Origin: an uncultured Ignavibacteriaceae bacterium
GTDB lineage: Bacteria; Bacteroidota; Ignavibacteria; Tepidaquicellales; Tepidaquicellaceae
Direction: 5' to 3'
Length of the DNA stretch: 64,000 nt
NCBI GenBank assembly: GCA_964399995.1
Contig: CAYNTN010000007.1
Location: 226-64,225, forward strand
Positions within the stretch are counted from its first letter, which is position 1. Each line of letters begins with the position of its first letter. Made by a program: the position numbers and the translations under genes. Under the pieces are notes generated by a model. The model saw only the letters and a list, made by a program, of their open reading frames with translations. It was not told the origin of the DNA and searched no databases. Positions 25,900 through 34,480 of the stretch are shown in pieces.

Positions 25900-27354
25900 T
25901 TACACTTCATAGTACAGATGAAACTCATACGGATGCGGTCTGAGCTGAACTTCCTTAATCTCTTTCTTCGTTTTATAATCTATCCATGTTTCTATCAAGT
26001 GATCATCGAAGACCCCTCCCTGTTTTAAATAATCATTATCATTCTCAAGTTTATGCAAAGCCACGGTCAGATCTTCCGGAGCGTGAGGAATTTTTTTCAG
26101 CTCCTTTTCATCAAGATGGAAAATATCTTTATCCATTGGATCACCGGGATGTATTTTGTTTAATATTCCGTCAATACCTGCAAGAAGAATTGCAGAAAAG
26201 CCGAGATACGGATTGGATGTTCCGTCCGGACATCTGAATTCAATTCTTTTTGACTTTGGATTATCAGAATACATCGGAATCCTGATGGCTGCGCTCCGAT
26301 TACTTTTGGAATAAGCAAGATTGACAGGAGCTTCATATCCCGGAACAAGTCGTTTATATGAATTAGTTGTAGGATTGGTAAAAGCAAGTATAGAAGGTGC
26401 ATGTTTCAGAAGCCCGCCGATAAAAAACAATGCAGTCTCGCTCAGTCCTGCATAACCTTCTCCGGAAAACAATGGCTTTCCTTCTTTCCATAAACTCACA
26501 TGAGTATGCATTCCGCTTCCGTTGTCTCCGAATAAAGGCTTCGGCATGAATGTAGCCGTCTTGCCGACAGCCCTCGCTGTATTCTTTACAATATATTTAA
26601 ACATCTGGAGCTGGTCGGCACAATCAAGCATCGGACAATATTTGAAATCTATCTCAGCCTGACCGCCTGTGGCAACTTCATGATGATGCATTTCCACATC
26701 TATTCCAACGTTTATCAGATTTTCCACCATCAGGCTTCTTAAGTCATTTGTCGAATCCGAAGGGGGGACAGGAAAATATCCTTCTTTAAGCCTGATCTTA
26801 TGTCCGAGATTCAGCTCTTTCTCACTTCCGGTATTCCAGAAACCCTCGGTTGAATCTATTCTATACCAGCTTGAATATTCATTTATATTATAAGCAACAT
26901 GATCCAGAATAAAAAATTCGGCTTCGGGTCCGAAATAAGCAGTGTCGGCAATTCCCGTTGATTTCAGATACTCGATGGCTTTCTTCGCTATATTCCTCGG
27001 ATCCATTGCATAAATGGTCTTCGATTCAGGTTCATACACATTAGAAATCAGACTCATTGTCTTAATTGTCATGAACGGATCAATATTCGCCGTTGAAGGA
27101 TCAGGAATTATCAACATATCCGACTCATTGATATTTTTGAACCCGCGGATGGATGAACCGTCAAAACCTATTCCTTCATAAAATACAGCTTCATTCAGCT
27201 TTGAAACCGGAATGGTCAAGTGCTGCCATTGACCCGGAAGATCTGTAAACCGGAGATCAATCATTTTAACTTCTTTTTCTTTTATAAGCTTAAATACATC
27301 GTTAATTTTTTTAAGCTTTTCCTTTTGTTCCTCAATTGTTGTTTTCTCTGACAT
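25900..27354 (-). CDS. glnA: glutamine synthetase, type I
   Basis: 484 aa. GS beta-grasp plus catalytic domain motifs (GSGMHTHVSLW, NPTTNSYKRLVPGYEAP, IRIP...RIEFRCPD). Confidence 0.9.
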   Translation of the reverse strand: MSEKTTIEEQKEKLKKINDVFKLIKEKEVKMIDLRFTDLPGQWQHLTIPVSKLNEAVFYEGIGFDGSSIRGFKNINESDMLIIPDPSTANIDPFMTIKTMSLISNVYEPESKTIYAMDPRNIAKKAIEYLKSTGIADTAYFGPEAEFFILDHVAYNINEYSSWYRIDSTEGFWNTGSEKELNLGHKIRLKEGYFPVPPSDSTNDLRSLMVENLINVGIDVEMHHHEVATGGQAEIDFKYCPMLDCADQLQMFKYIVKNTARAVGKTATFMPKPLFGDNGSGMHTHVSLWKEGKPLFSGEGYAGLSETALFFIGGLLKHAPSILAFTNPTTNSYKRLVPGYEAPVNLAYSKSNRSAAIRIPMYSDNPKSKRIEFRCPDGTSNPYLGFSAILLAGIDGILNKIHPGDPMDKDIFHLDEKELKKIPHAPEDLTVALHKLENDNDYLKQGGVFDDHLIETWIDYKTKKEIKEVQLRPHPYEFHLYYEV

Positions 27355-27420
27355 TTTTATTTAATTTTAGATTTTTGATTTTAGATTTTGATTTATTCGG
27401 TGGTTTAAAACTTTCACCAT

Positions 27421-27600
27421 TCACGATTGACGATTATGATTCACGATTGACGATTCACGATTCACAATTAACGATTCACGATTCACGATTGACGATTCAC
27501 GATTCACGATTGACGATTCACGATTGACGATTCACGATTAACGATTAACGATTCACGATTTTCGATTAACGATTTTCGATTAACGATTTTCGATTAACGA
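27421..27600. repeat. heptamer array (NACGATT) of about 26 units
   Basis: tcacgat tgacgat ... ttaacga, read directly. Lies upstream of the glnA start and overlaps the last 21 nt of the Lrp gene. A second short array (TTTAGAT/TTTTGAT) sits at 27365-27395. Confidence 0.9.
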
Positions 27601-28029
27601 CCTCACATCAATTTCTGAAGTCTCTTTATGTGAAGATAAAACAATATTAGTTTTAGTTGACTTAACTCCGGGCCAGCTCTGTATCTTTGCCAGAAGTTTT
27701 TCCAGTGAGCCCGTATTCTCGGTTCTGATCTTTAAAATGTGTGAACCGTCTCCTGTAATTGAATGACATTCAAGTATATCTTTGTTACTTATGCAGTGCT
27801 CAATGAATTGTTTATAATGCTTGGATGATTCACTTACAACAAAAATGAAGCAGGTAATGTCATGCCTAAGTTTTTTATGATTCAACACAGCATTATAGGA
27901 AGTTATATAACCGTGAGATTCAAGTTTTGAAATTCTTTCAATTGTAGAAGGCAGAGACAAACCTACAATTTCTGCAAGCTCATTTTTTTTAATTTGTGAA
28001 TTTTTCTGAAGTTCATCAAGCAGCTTCAA
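27580..28029 (-). CDS. Lrp/AsnC-family transcriptional regulator
   Basis: N-terminal HTH (LLDELQKNSQIKKNELAEIVGLSLPSTIERISKLE) plus RAM/ACT-like C-domain. TTG start. The last codons LIENR* are encoded by the heptamer array. Confidence 0.8.
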   Translation of the reverse strand: MKLLDELQKNSQIKKNELAEIVGLSLPSTIERISKLESHGYITSYNAVLNHKKLRHDITCFIFVVSESSKHYKQFIEHCISNKDILECHSITGDGSHILKIRTENTGSLEKLLAKIQSWPGVKSTKTNIVLSSHKETSEIDVRSLIENR

Positions 28030-28214
28030 ATCTATCTGATCCAGTCTGAGATCTTCGGTATGTTTAATCTGAACTGTAATGGCTTAAAAAATTAGGTTAT
28101 ATAACAGATTTGCCTTACAAAATAAGGCAATTAATAATTTATGTCAAGTTCATTATGGTAATCCGATAGATTTTTTATAAATGAATTGATATAAACTCAT
28201 TACAAATTTAAATT

Positions 28215-28275
28215 ACTTTTAACTTTTAACTTTTAACTTTTAACTTTTAACTTTTAACTTTTAACTTTTAACTTT
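28215..28275. repeat. perfect heptamer array (ACTTTTA) x8.7 abutting a start codon
   Basis: 8 perfect copies plus a partial copy. The last base is immediately 5' of the ATG at 28276. Confidence 0.95.
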
Positions 28276-28611
28276 ATGAATATTTATAAAATCATGCTTG
28301 CCAATGCTTTTGTTCTTATAGTGTTGGGAGTTTACGGATACTTTTCATCCGGGAGTCCGACAGCTTTAATAGCTCCGGCAATCGGAGTAATACTTGTCAT
28401 ACTTTCTTTTTCGGTAAAGAAAGAAAACAAGACTTCAACTCACATTGCGGTGGGACTTACTTTAGTTGCAACGATAATGTTCTTTGTAACCGGGTTTATG
28501 AGAAGCAACTGGATAGTAATAGTAATGGCTGTCTTTACTTTATTTGCATTTATTATTTATGTAATGGATTTTATGAGAAGGAAACAGGAACGTGAGAATA
28601 CTAAGCAATAA
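28276..28611 (+). CDS. small integral membrane protein (3-4 TM)
   Basis: 111 aa with four hydrophobic segments and a basic tail. Confidence 0.6.
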   Translation: MNIYKIMLANAFVLIVLGVYGYFSSGSPTALIAPAIGVILVILSFSVKKENKTSTHIAVGLTLVATIMFFVTGFMRSNWIVIVMAVFTLFAFIIYVMDFMRRKQERENTKQ

Positions 28612-28704
28612 GCTCGGCAGGTACTTTGCGTTTTACAGGACTTTTATCAAAGTCAGAATCAAAACTTACTAAAGTTAGATTATATTTATTTACGCAAGAT
28701 ACAA

Positions 28705-28944
28705 TTACTTTTTCTTGTATTTTAACGCATCCTGAATTCTCCATTCATTCGCTTTATGCTGTAATTCTACAGAAGTATATTTTTTGTTTAATTCCTTCAA
28801 AGCTCCTGCTGGATACAATTTCATTTTTTTCTTTTTAGGATTTTTATTTAAAGTTAATATCTTTTCAATAAACTCATCTACAGAATCTAAATCTTTTGGA
28901 GAAATTTTTTTTAATTTTTTCTCAACTAATTCTAATTTTGTCAT
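28705..28944 (-). CDS. hypothetical 79-aa Lys-rich protein
   Basis: ORF only. The N-terminus is vaguely antitoxin-like (LELVEKKLKKISPKDLDSVDEFIEKIL). No partner gene is present. Confidence 0.35.
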   Translation of the reverse strand: MTKLELVEKKLKKISPKDLDSVDEFIEKILTLNKNPKKKKMKLYPAGALKELNKKYTSVELQHKANEWRIQDALKYKKK

Positions 28945-28990
28945 AATTTTATTTTTTCCAAAGCAATATTAAGTAATATATTTAAAATAC

Positions 28991-29017
28991 AAAAGGACGT
29001 TTACCAAACGTCCTTTT
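28991..29017 (-). terminator. rho-independent terminator after livH-like gene
   Basis: AAAAGGACGTTT-acc-AAACGTCCTTTT perfect 12-bp stem. The minus strand is followed by GTATTTT. Confidence 0.7.
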
Positions 29018-29045
29018 GTTAAACAACTAAAATCCAATAAGTGAT

Positions 29046-29942
29046 CTAAACTTTCTCTATATCCTTCTTCCCGAATAATCCTGTTGGCTTTACAAGCAAT
29101 ATTAAAATCAGTATTGCAAACGCAATAGCGTCCCTGTATGTCGGGGATAAATATCCGACTGTAAAAGTTTCTACCAATCCTATTATCAAACCGCCGACCG
29201 CAGCTCCCGGAAAATTTCCTATACCCCCGAGTACTGCCGCAATGAATGCCTTCAGACCGGGTAACATTCCCATAAGCGGATCAATGCTGGGATAGTTAAT
29301 ACTGTAAAGAATACCTGCCGCTCCGGCAAGTGATGAGCCGATAGCAAATGTGAAAGAGATTACATTATTAATGTTAATTCCCATCAGTGAAGCAGCTGTG
29401 AGATTGTTTGAGACTGCCCTGATTGCTATTCCCATTATTGTTCTCATTACAATGAATCTTAATGCAAGCATTAGAACTAATGCAGATACTATTACAACTA
29501 TCTGATTGGATCCTATGGTCGCTCCGAAAACATTAAAGCTCACATTTTCTATTATTGTAGGAAAAGATTTAGGATCAGCCCCGAATACAAGCTGACCTGT
29601 GTACTGAAGAAATAATGAAACTCCTATTGCAGTAATTAATACTGTAAGTTTTGATGAATTGCGAAGAGGTTTGTAAGCAAGCTTTTCAATAGTTACACCG
29701 ACTACCGCAGTAGCAATCATTGTCAAAAGCAAAATAACTAATGCAACCGGGATATCAGGGGAATCCACTCCCAGTGATTTTGCAATATAATAACCAAAGA
29801 ATGCGCCGAGCATGAATATCTCACCATGAGCAAAGTTTATGAACTTAAGAATTCCGTAAACCATTGTGTACCCAAGCGCAATCAGTGCATAGATGCTTCC
29901 GAGTGATAAACCGTTTATTAATTGTTGTATGAATTCAGACAA
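29046..29942 (-). CDS. livH: branched-chain amino acid ABC transporter permease (LivH family)
   Basis: 298 aa, 8-TM LivH-like pattern (GLSLGSIYALIALGYTMVYG, FAHGE). Confidence 0.85.
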   Translation of the reverse strand: MSEFIQQLINGLSLGSIYALIALGYTMVYGILKFINFAHGEIFMLGAFFGYYIAKSLGVDSPDIPVALVILLLTMIATAVVGVTIEKLAYKPLRNSSKLTVLITAIGVSLFLQYTGQLVFGADPKSFPTIIENVSFNVFGATIGSNQIVVIVSALVLMLALRFIVMRTIMGIAIRAVSNNLTAASLMGININNVISFTFAIGSSLAGAAGILYSINYPSIDPLMGMLPGLKAFIAAVLGGIGNFPGAAVGGLIIGLVETFTVGYLSPTYRDAIAFAILILILLVKPTGLFGKKDIEKV

Positions 29943-29950
29943 GTTTTTTA

Positions 29951-30055
29951 AGTTACAAGTTACAAGTTACAAGTTACAAGTTACAAATCATAAATTATTA
30001 AATTAATTAGTAAATTAGTAATTATTCGTAACTTGTAACTTGAAACTTGTAACTG
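29951..30055. repeat. inverted heptamer arrays (AGTTACA x5 ... TGTAACT-like x4) inside the liv operon
   Basis: Left arm 29951-29985 and right arm 30027-30055. Fills the spacer between the binding-protein stop and the permease start. Confidence 0.9.
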
Positions 30056-30057
30056 AA

Positions 30058-31203
30058 TTAAGGGGCTATAGTTTCCTTATAAACAAACTTCCCATCTTTT
30101 ATCTCAAGTACTACAGCTGGTTTGACAGCGTTTCTTTGCTGATTGATTGTAATGATTCCTGTGACTCCGGGAAAGTCTTTTGTTTTTGCAAGCTCATTTT
30201 TAATTTTTTCACCTTCGGTGGAGTTTGCTTTTTTAATAGCGTCAAATAAGATCATCCCGGCATCATAAGCTAAGAAGCTCATTGCATCGGGTTCTTTCTC
30301 ATACTTAGCTTTATACTTCTTAATAAACTCCTGAATTTTCGGTGAAGGATCATCTGCTGATACGTGTGTTGAAAAGAAGCTTCCTTCGAGTGCATCCTTT
30401 GCTTTGCCTTCGGTCAGCTTTTCGGATTCCCAGCCGTCACTGCCGAAGAGCGGACAGGTCAGACCTATTTCTCTTGCCTGAATTGAAATTAAATTAACAT
30501 CAGTATAATAACCGGGAATGAAAATCGCTTCAGGGTTTTTTGCCTTTATTGCAGTTAACTGTGCTTTAAAATCTTTATCACCGGCAGAATATTTTTGCTC
30601 TTCAACAATCTCTCCTCCCATGCTTGTAAAAATCTGACGGAAATTGTCAGCAAGACCGGTTGAGTAAGCATTCTTCTGATCGATCAATAATGCGATCTTT
30701 TTTACTTTCATAGAATTGATTGCAAACTTACTCATCACTGTCGCCTGAAACGGATCAATGAAACAGACTCTGAATATATAATCACCAATTGTTGTAACTT
30801 CGGGATTCGTAGAAGCAGGAGTGATCATCGGGATCTTGTTCTGCTGGCAAATCGGCGCGCCGGCTTTGCTTCTTGATGAAGCGACTTCACCTATTACGGC
30901 AACTACTTTGTCCCTGTTAATGAGTTTTTGTACAACTGTCTGTGTCTCCGATGGTTTTCCCTGATTATCCTCAGTAATAAGGTTAATTTTTTTCCCAAGC
31001 AATCCTCCGGCATTGTTTACTTCTTCAACTGCAAGCACAAGTCCGTTATGGGAAGACTGTCCGAATGTCGCTTCGCTTCCTGTAAGGGATTCGTATTCGC
31101 CGATATTGATCATATCCGACCCGGATTTATTGCATGAAGTCAGTGTTATACCTGAAGACATTATTATGCAGAAAACAGCCAGGACTTTATAAATATTTTT
31201 CAT
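30058..31203 (-). CDS. ABC transporter substrate-binding lipoprotein (LivJ/LivK-like, type I PBP)
   Basis: Lipobox LTSC. Leu/Ile/Val-binding protein family pattern (VVAVIGEVASSRS, IFIPGYY). Confidence 0.8.
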   Translation of the reverse strand: MKNIYKVLAVFCIIMSSGITLTSCNKSGSDMINIGEYESLTGSEATFGQSSHNGLVLAVEEVNNAGGLLGKKINLITEDNQGKPSETQTVVQKLINRDKVVAVIGEVASSRSKAGAPICQQNKIPMITPASTNPEVTTIGDYIFRVCFIDPFQATVMSKFAINSMKVKKIALLIDQKNAYSTGLADNFRQIFTSMGGEIVEEQKYSAGDKDFKAQLTAIKAKNPEAIFIPGYYTDVNLISIQAREIGLTCPLFGSDGWESEKLTEGKAKDALEGSFFSTHVSADDPSPKIQEFIKKYKAKYEKEPDAMSFLAYDAGMILFDAIKKANSTEGEKIKNELAKTKDFPGVTGIITINQQRNAVKPAVVLEIKDGKFVYKETIAP

Positions 31204-31320
31204 AAATTTTTAGGTTGTTGGAATTAAAAGATGATTAAAATAATTTTAATAGTTTATAAAAACAATTTAATTCAAAAATGCCATTTAATTAATGCTGTAT
31301 AATAATTAAATTGCACCCAT

Positions 31321-31599
31321 ATGGCACGAATAAACATTACTATTGTAGACGCGACAGGCAACAAGGAACAGCAGGCGACTCTGCCGGATGATGCATCCGT
31401 AAAGAGAATCATGGAAGTTCTTCTTCCGAAAATGAAAATGCCGGTTACCGGACCTGACGGTGAACCGCTTTCCTATAAATTTCATCATAAAGCATCAGGT
31501 AAACAGCTTACCGAATCACAAACTCTATCCGAAGCCGGTGTAAAAGAAGGTGATGTGCTAAGACTGCATCCGGAAATCACGGCTGGAATTAGGAATTAA
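31321..31599 (+). CDS. ubiquitin-like beta-grasp protein (YukD/prokaryotic Ubl-like)
   Basis: 92 aa. Pattern INITIVD..G...ATLPDD.SV..IM..LL......Y.F.H...GKQL...QTLSEAGVKEGDVLRL. Ends ...EITAG-IRN. Adjacent to the E1-like gene. Confidence 0.6.
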   Translation: MARINITIVDATGNKEQQATLPDDASVKRIMEVLLPKMKMPVTGPDGEPLSYKFHHKASGKQLTESQTLSEAGVKEGDVLRLHPEITAGIRN

Positions 31600-31613
31600 G
31601 AATTAGGAATTAA
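31585..31613. repeat. heptamer array (GGAATTA/AGAATTA), left arm
   Basis: ggaatta ggaatta agaatta ggaatta. Overlaps the last 5 codons, including the stop, of the Ubl gene. Confidence 0.85.
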
Positions 31614-31800
31614 AAGTTTTAGAAACTTAAGGACAATTTATCTTTTCGACTCACACTTCTGCTATCTAAATTTCACAATTAGACTTCCTTAGATTAATTA
31701 AAAGATTCCGTATATCAACATATGCTTGTATAAAATTTTAGATGTCAATTTTATCATTTAATATTCATATTTGTTAAAAGAACTTTAGCAAAGTAGTTTT

Positions 31801-31838
31801 TTAATTCTTAATTCTTAATTCCTAATTCTTAATTCTTA
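31801..31838. repeat. heptamer array (TAATTCT/TAATTCC), right arm
   Basis: Reverse complement of 31585-31613. Ends 4 nt before the E1-like ATG. Confidence 0.85.
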
Positions 31839-31842
31839 AAAA

Positions 31843-33006
31843 ATGCCTATAGAGATAAAAGATGACCGTTACTCACGTTTAGAATTAATTACATGGTGGG
31901 ATCAGGAGATATTAAGAAATTCCAGGATTCTCGTCGCCGGCTGCGGCGCTTTGGGAAATGAAATTGTTAAGAATCTTGTCATGCTTGGAGTAGGTAATAT
32001 TTGCGTAGTGGATATGGATAAAGTTGAAAAAAGCAATCTGTCAAGGAGTGTACTTTTCAGAAAAGAAGATGAAGGAAAATCAAAAGCTCAGGTTATTTGT
32101 GAAAGAGCAAAGGAAGTGAACGACGAAATTAACATAAAGTATTTCGACGGGAATATTTTCAATCTCGGACTCGGAGTTTTTAAAAGCTTTGATCTTGTAA
32201 TCGGCGGACTGGATAACCGTGAAGCAAGACTTTTTATCAATCAATCCTGCTGGAAAGTAAATAAACCATGGATAGACGGCGCAATTGAAGTTCTCACCGG
32301 AGTTGCACGAATGTTCATGCCTCCGGATAATGCATGTTACGAATGCACAATGTCGGAGGTAGATTATAAATTAATCAACAAGAGAAAATCCTGTATGCTT
32401 CTCGGACTCGATGAAATCAATGAAGGAAAAATTCCAACGACACCAACCATTGCCTCAATCATAGCTGGTGTACAGGTGCAGGAAGCCGTTAAGTATTTAC
32501 ATAATCGAGATGATCTGATCTTTCTAAACGGCAAAGGTTTTATTTTCAACGGAAATAATAATGATTCTTACTTAGTGGAATATCAGAAAAATGAAGACTG
32601 CCCGTCACATTACACATTTGAGAATATTAAAAAACTGAATAAAAAATTTGATGAAGTGAAGTTATCGGACGTTTTTGATTTCGGGAAAAAATATTTTAAT
32701 GATGATACTTTTCAGGTTGAGTTTAACAATGAAGTTGTATTTGAACTGGTGGATGAAAGCAAAAAAGAAGTAAAGGAATTTTTCGGAAACATGAATCTGA
32801 TGTCGGTAAAGGATGTTAAGCTTGATGACGGGAATCTTTTAAAAATGAAATCATTTCATAATCTGAACTCCCGGTCCGGATTGTCAAAGAAATTATCTGA
32901 TAAGAAATTAACCGGGCTGAAAATACCATTTAACGATATATTGATATTAAGGAAAGGCGAAGAGGAAGTTCAGGTTGAGTTTGAAGAAGCTGAAGTGTTT
33001 AAATAG
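31843..33006 (+). CDS. ThiF/MoeB/E1-like adenylyltransferase with 135-aa C-terminal extension
   Basis: DRYSRLEL, Rossmann loop VAGCGALGNEIVKNL, SNLSRS, crossover-loop CYEC plus CPSH (Zn ligands), TTPTIASIIAGVQVQEAVKYL. Confidence 0.8.
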   Translation: MPIEIKDDRYSRLELITWWDQEILRNSRILVAGCGALGNEIVKNLVMLGVGNICVVDMDKVEKSNLSRSVLFRKEDEGKSKAQVICERAKEVNDEINIKYFDGNIFNLGLGVFKSFDLVIGGLDNREARLFINQSCWKVNKPWIDGAIEVLTGVARMFMPPDNACYECTMSEVDYKLINKRKSCMLLGLDEINEGKIPTTPTIASIIAGVQVQEAVKYLHNRDDLIFLNGKGFIFNGNNNDSYLVEYQKNEDCPSHYTFENIKKLNKKFDEVKLSDVFDFGKKYFNDDTFQVEFNNEVVFELVDESKKEVKEFFGNMNLMSVKDVKLDDGNLLKMKSFHNLNSRSGLSKKLSDKKLTGLKIPFNDILILRKGEEEVQVEFEEAEVFK

Positions 33007-33092
33007 ATCAGCAGGGACAGGAGTTTTGTATACAAGTCCGGCTGTTTAAAATTCTTTACTTTATGATTTGTTCAAAAAGCCAATATTATTTT

Positions 33093-33148
33093 ACCACTAA
33101 GGCACTAAGATCACAAAGGACACTTAGGTTGATTTTTTTTCTTAGTGC
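33093..33148. repeat. CACTAAG-family short inverted repeat
   Basis: accactaaggcactaagatcac...cacttagg...cttagtgc. The first about 25 nt nearly match 60664-60690. Confidence 0.7.
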
Positions 33149-33201
33149 ATTCAATGACTAATTCGTGATAATGAAGAAAGCAAAAATAAATTTTCCATTA
33201 T

Positions 33202-34119
33202 TTGAGTGATCCCGGCAGAACATATGATTTCATCAAAAACAAAACCTGTCCTTATTGCCAGTCAAAGCTAAAGCAGGGAGCAGATTTCATTGTCTGCTCT
33301 AACTGCGGCACGCCTCATCATAAAGAATGCTGGAATGAAAATCTCGGATGCACCACATATGGCTGTATTAACAATCCATTAACAGACAAGAAAGTCGAGA
33401 TTGACTCTCAGGATGTCGGAAATCAAACCGTTGAGAATTTAAGAGCATCATTACAAACTCCCCGCTCACAAAATTTTATTAAATGCCCAAACTGCAAATC
33501 TGAGATCGAAGAAGGTTCGGTTTACTGTAAATTCTGCGGATACAATGTTGCTGAGAATAAATTTCCCGACGAGAAGAAAACTGATGCTAAGAAGGAGTTT
33601 GAAAAAGAATTCAAAAAGAGATATAAGGAAAAGATCAGTGTTACCAGGAAAAGATTATTTATTACAATTGGAAGTTTTACATTTTTAATAGCTGTTGTTA
33701 CACTGCTGTTTTATTTGACAGTCAATAAATTGAATGAGTATTTTTCATCCGATGAGTATGTATTGAAAGGAGTGGTGAATGAATGGCGTGATGCTTGGCA
33801 GGATAAGGATTTTGAAAAGTATAAAAGTTATCTTACGGAAGATTACACATACTACGGAAAGGACGGCAGGAAAATTGATTTAAAGGAAAAGCTCAGGAGG
33901 ATAGAATTTACTTTTAAGAATTATAAAAAAATCAGTATTGATATTTCTGATTTTAAGGTTGTTAACGATTCCACAACAACACAAAACAATAAGAAGGTTA
34001 AGTTTATTGAGAATTATGAATCAGAAAAGTTTAAAGAGAGAGGAATGAAAACTCTTAGTATGATTAAAGACGAAGAGACCGGTGGTGAATGGAAGATATA
34101 CCGGGAGATATTTGAGTAG
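33202..34119 (+). CDS. membrane-anchored protein with N-terminal prokaryotic RING-like treble-clef, zinc ribbon, TM helix and NTF2/SnoaL-like domain
   Basis: CPYCQ-x11-CSNCGTPHHKECW..GCTTYGC. Second ribbon CPNC..CKFCG. TM LFITIGSFTFLIAVVTLLFYL. C-terminus WRDAWQDKDFEKYKSYL. TTG start. Confidence 0.6.
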   Translation: MSDPGRTYDFIKNKTCPYCQSKLKQGADFIVCSNCGTPHHKECWNENLGCTTYGCINNPLTDKKVEIDSQDVGNQTVENLRASLQTPRSQNFIKCPNCKSEIEEGSVYCKFCGYNVAENKFPDEKKTDAKKEFEKEFKKRYKEKISVTRKRLFITIGSFTFLIAVVTLLFYLTVNKLNEYFSSDEYVLKGVVNEWRDAWQDKDFEKYKSYLTEDYTYYGKDGRKIDLKEKLRRIEFTFKNYKKISIDISDFKVVNDSTTTQNNKKVKFIENYESEKFKERGMKTLSMIKDEETGGEWKIYREIFE

Positions 34120-34135
34120 AACAGTGAGTTAATTT

Positions 34136-34262
34136 AACCTTATTACCTTATTAAATTATTATTAAATAGTGCGAAATTGAATTTAGAATTTTAGAGGAAT
34201 ATTTGCATTTTATGGAATTTTAATTAAATGACACTTAAGCTCAAGAAATAAGGTAATAAGGT
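34136..34262. repeat. inverted short repeats (CCTTATTA ... TAAGGTAA)
   Basis: aaccttattaccttattaa (34136-34154) versus aataaggtaataaggt (34247-34262). Further TAAGGTT copies run to 34314. Confidence 0.7.
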
Positions 34263-34400
34263 CAACTTCAAAAGGATTTATTTTCTATTAAGGTTAAAAA
34301 AGAAAATAAGGTTTTTGGGGTTATGTTGGTAGCCCCGAGTGAGGTATTTTTTAATGAACATTTATTATAACAGAATGAAACTTTTTGGTACTGGCTATGA

Positions 34401-34458
34401 CGGTTTACGAATTGCGAAAAATTGTAACCCGTAATTCGTAACTCGTAATCCGTAACCT
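34401..34458. repeat. heptamer array (CGTAAYY) with short inverted partner
   Basis: aacccgt aattcgt aactcgt aatccgt aacc. An upstream ggtttacgaatt is complementary. Confidence 0.75.
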
Positions 34459-34480
34459 AAAGATACACAATGCCCAATGC

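Noticed and set aside
27336-27527. 63-aa ORF with the repetitive protein sequence DSRLTIHDSRLTIHD
   Set aside because: It is simply a translation of the NACGATT heptamer array. There is no start context, and the periodic amino-acid sequence is dictated by the DNA repeat.
28705-28944. Orphan antitoxin (DUF2281-like) interpretation of the 79-aa Lys-rich ORF
   Set aside because: There is only a vague N-terminal resemblance and no adjacent toxin ORF on either side. It is kept as a low-confidence hypothetical CDS.
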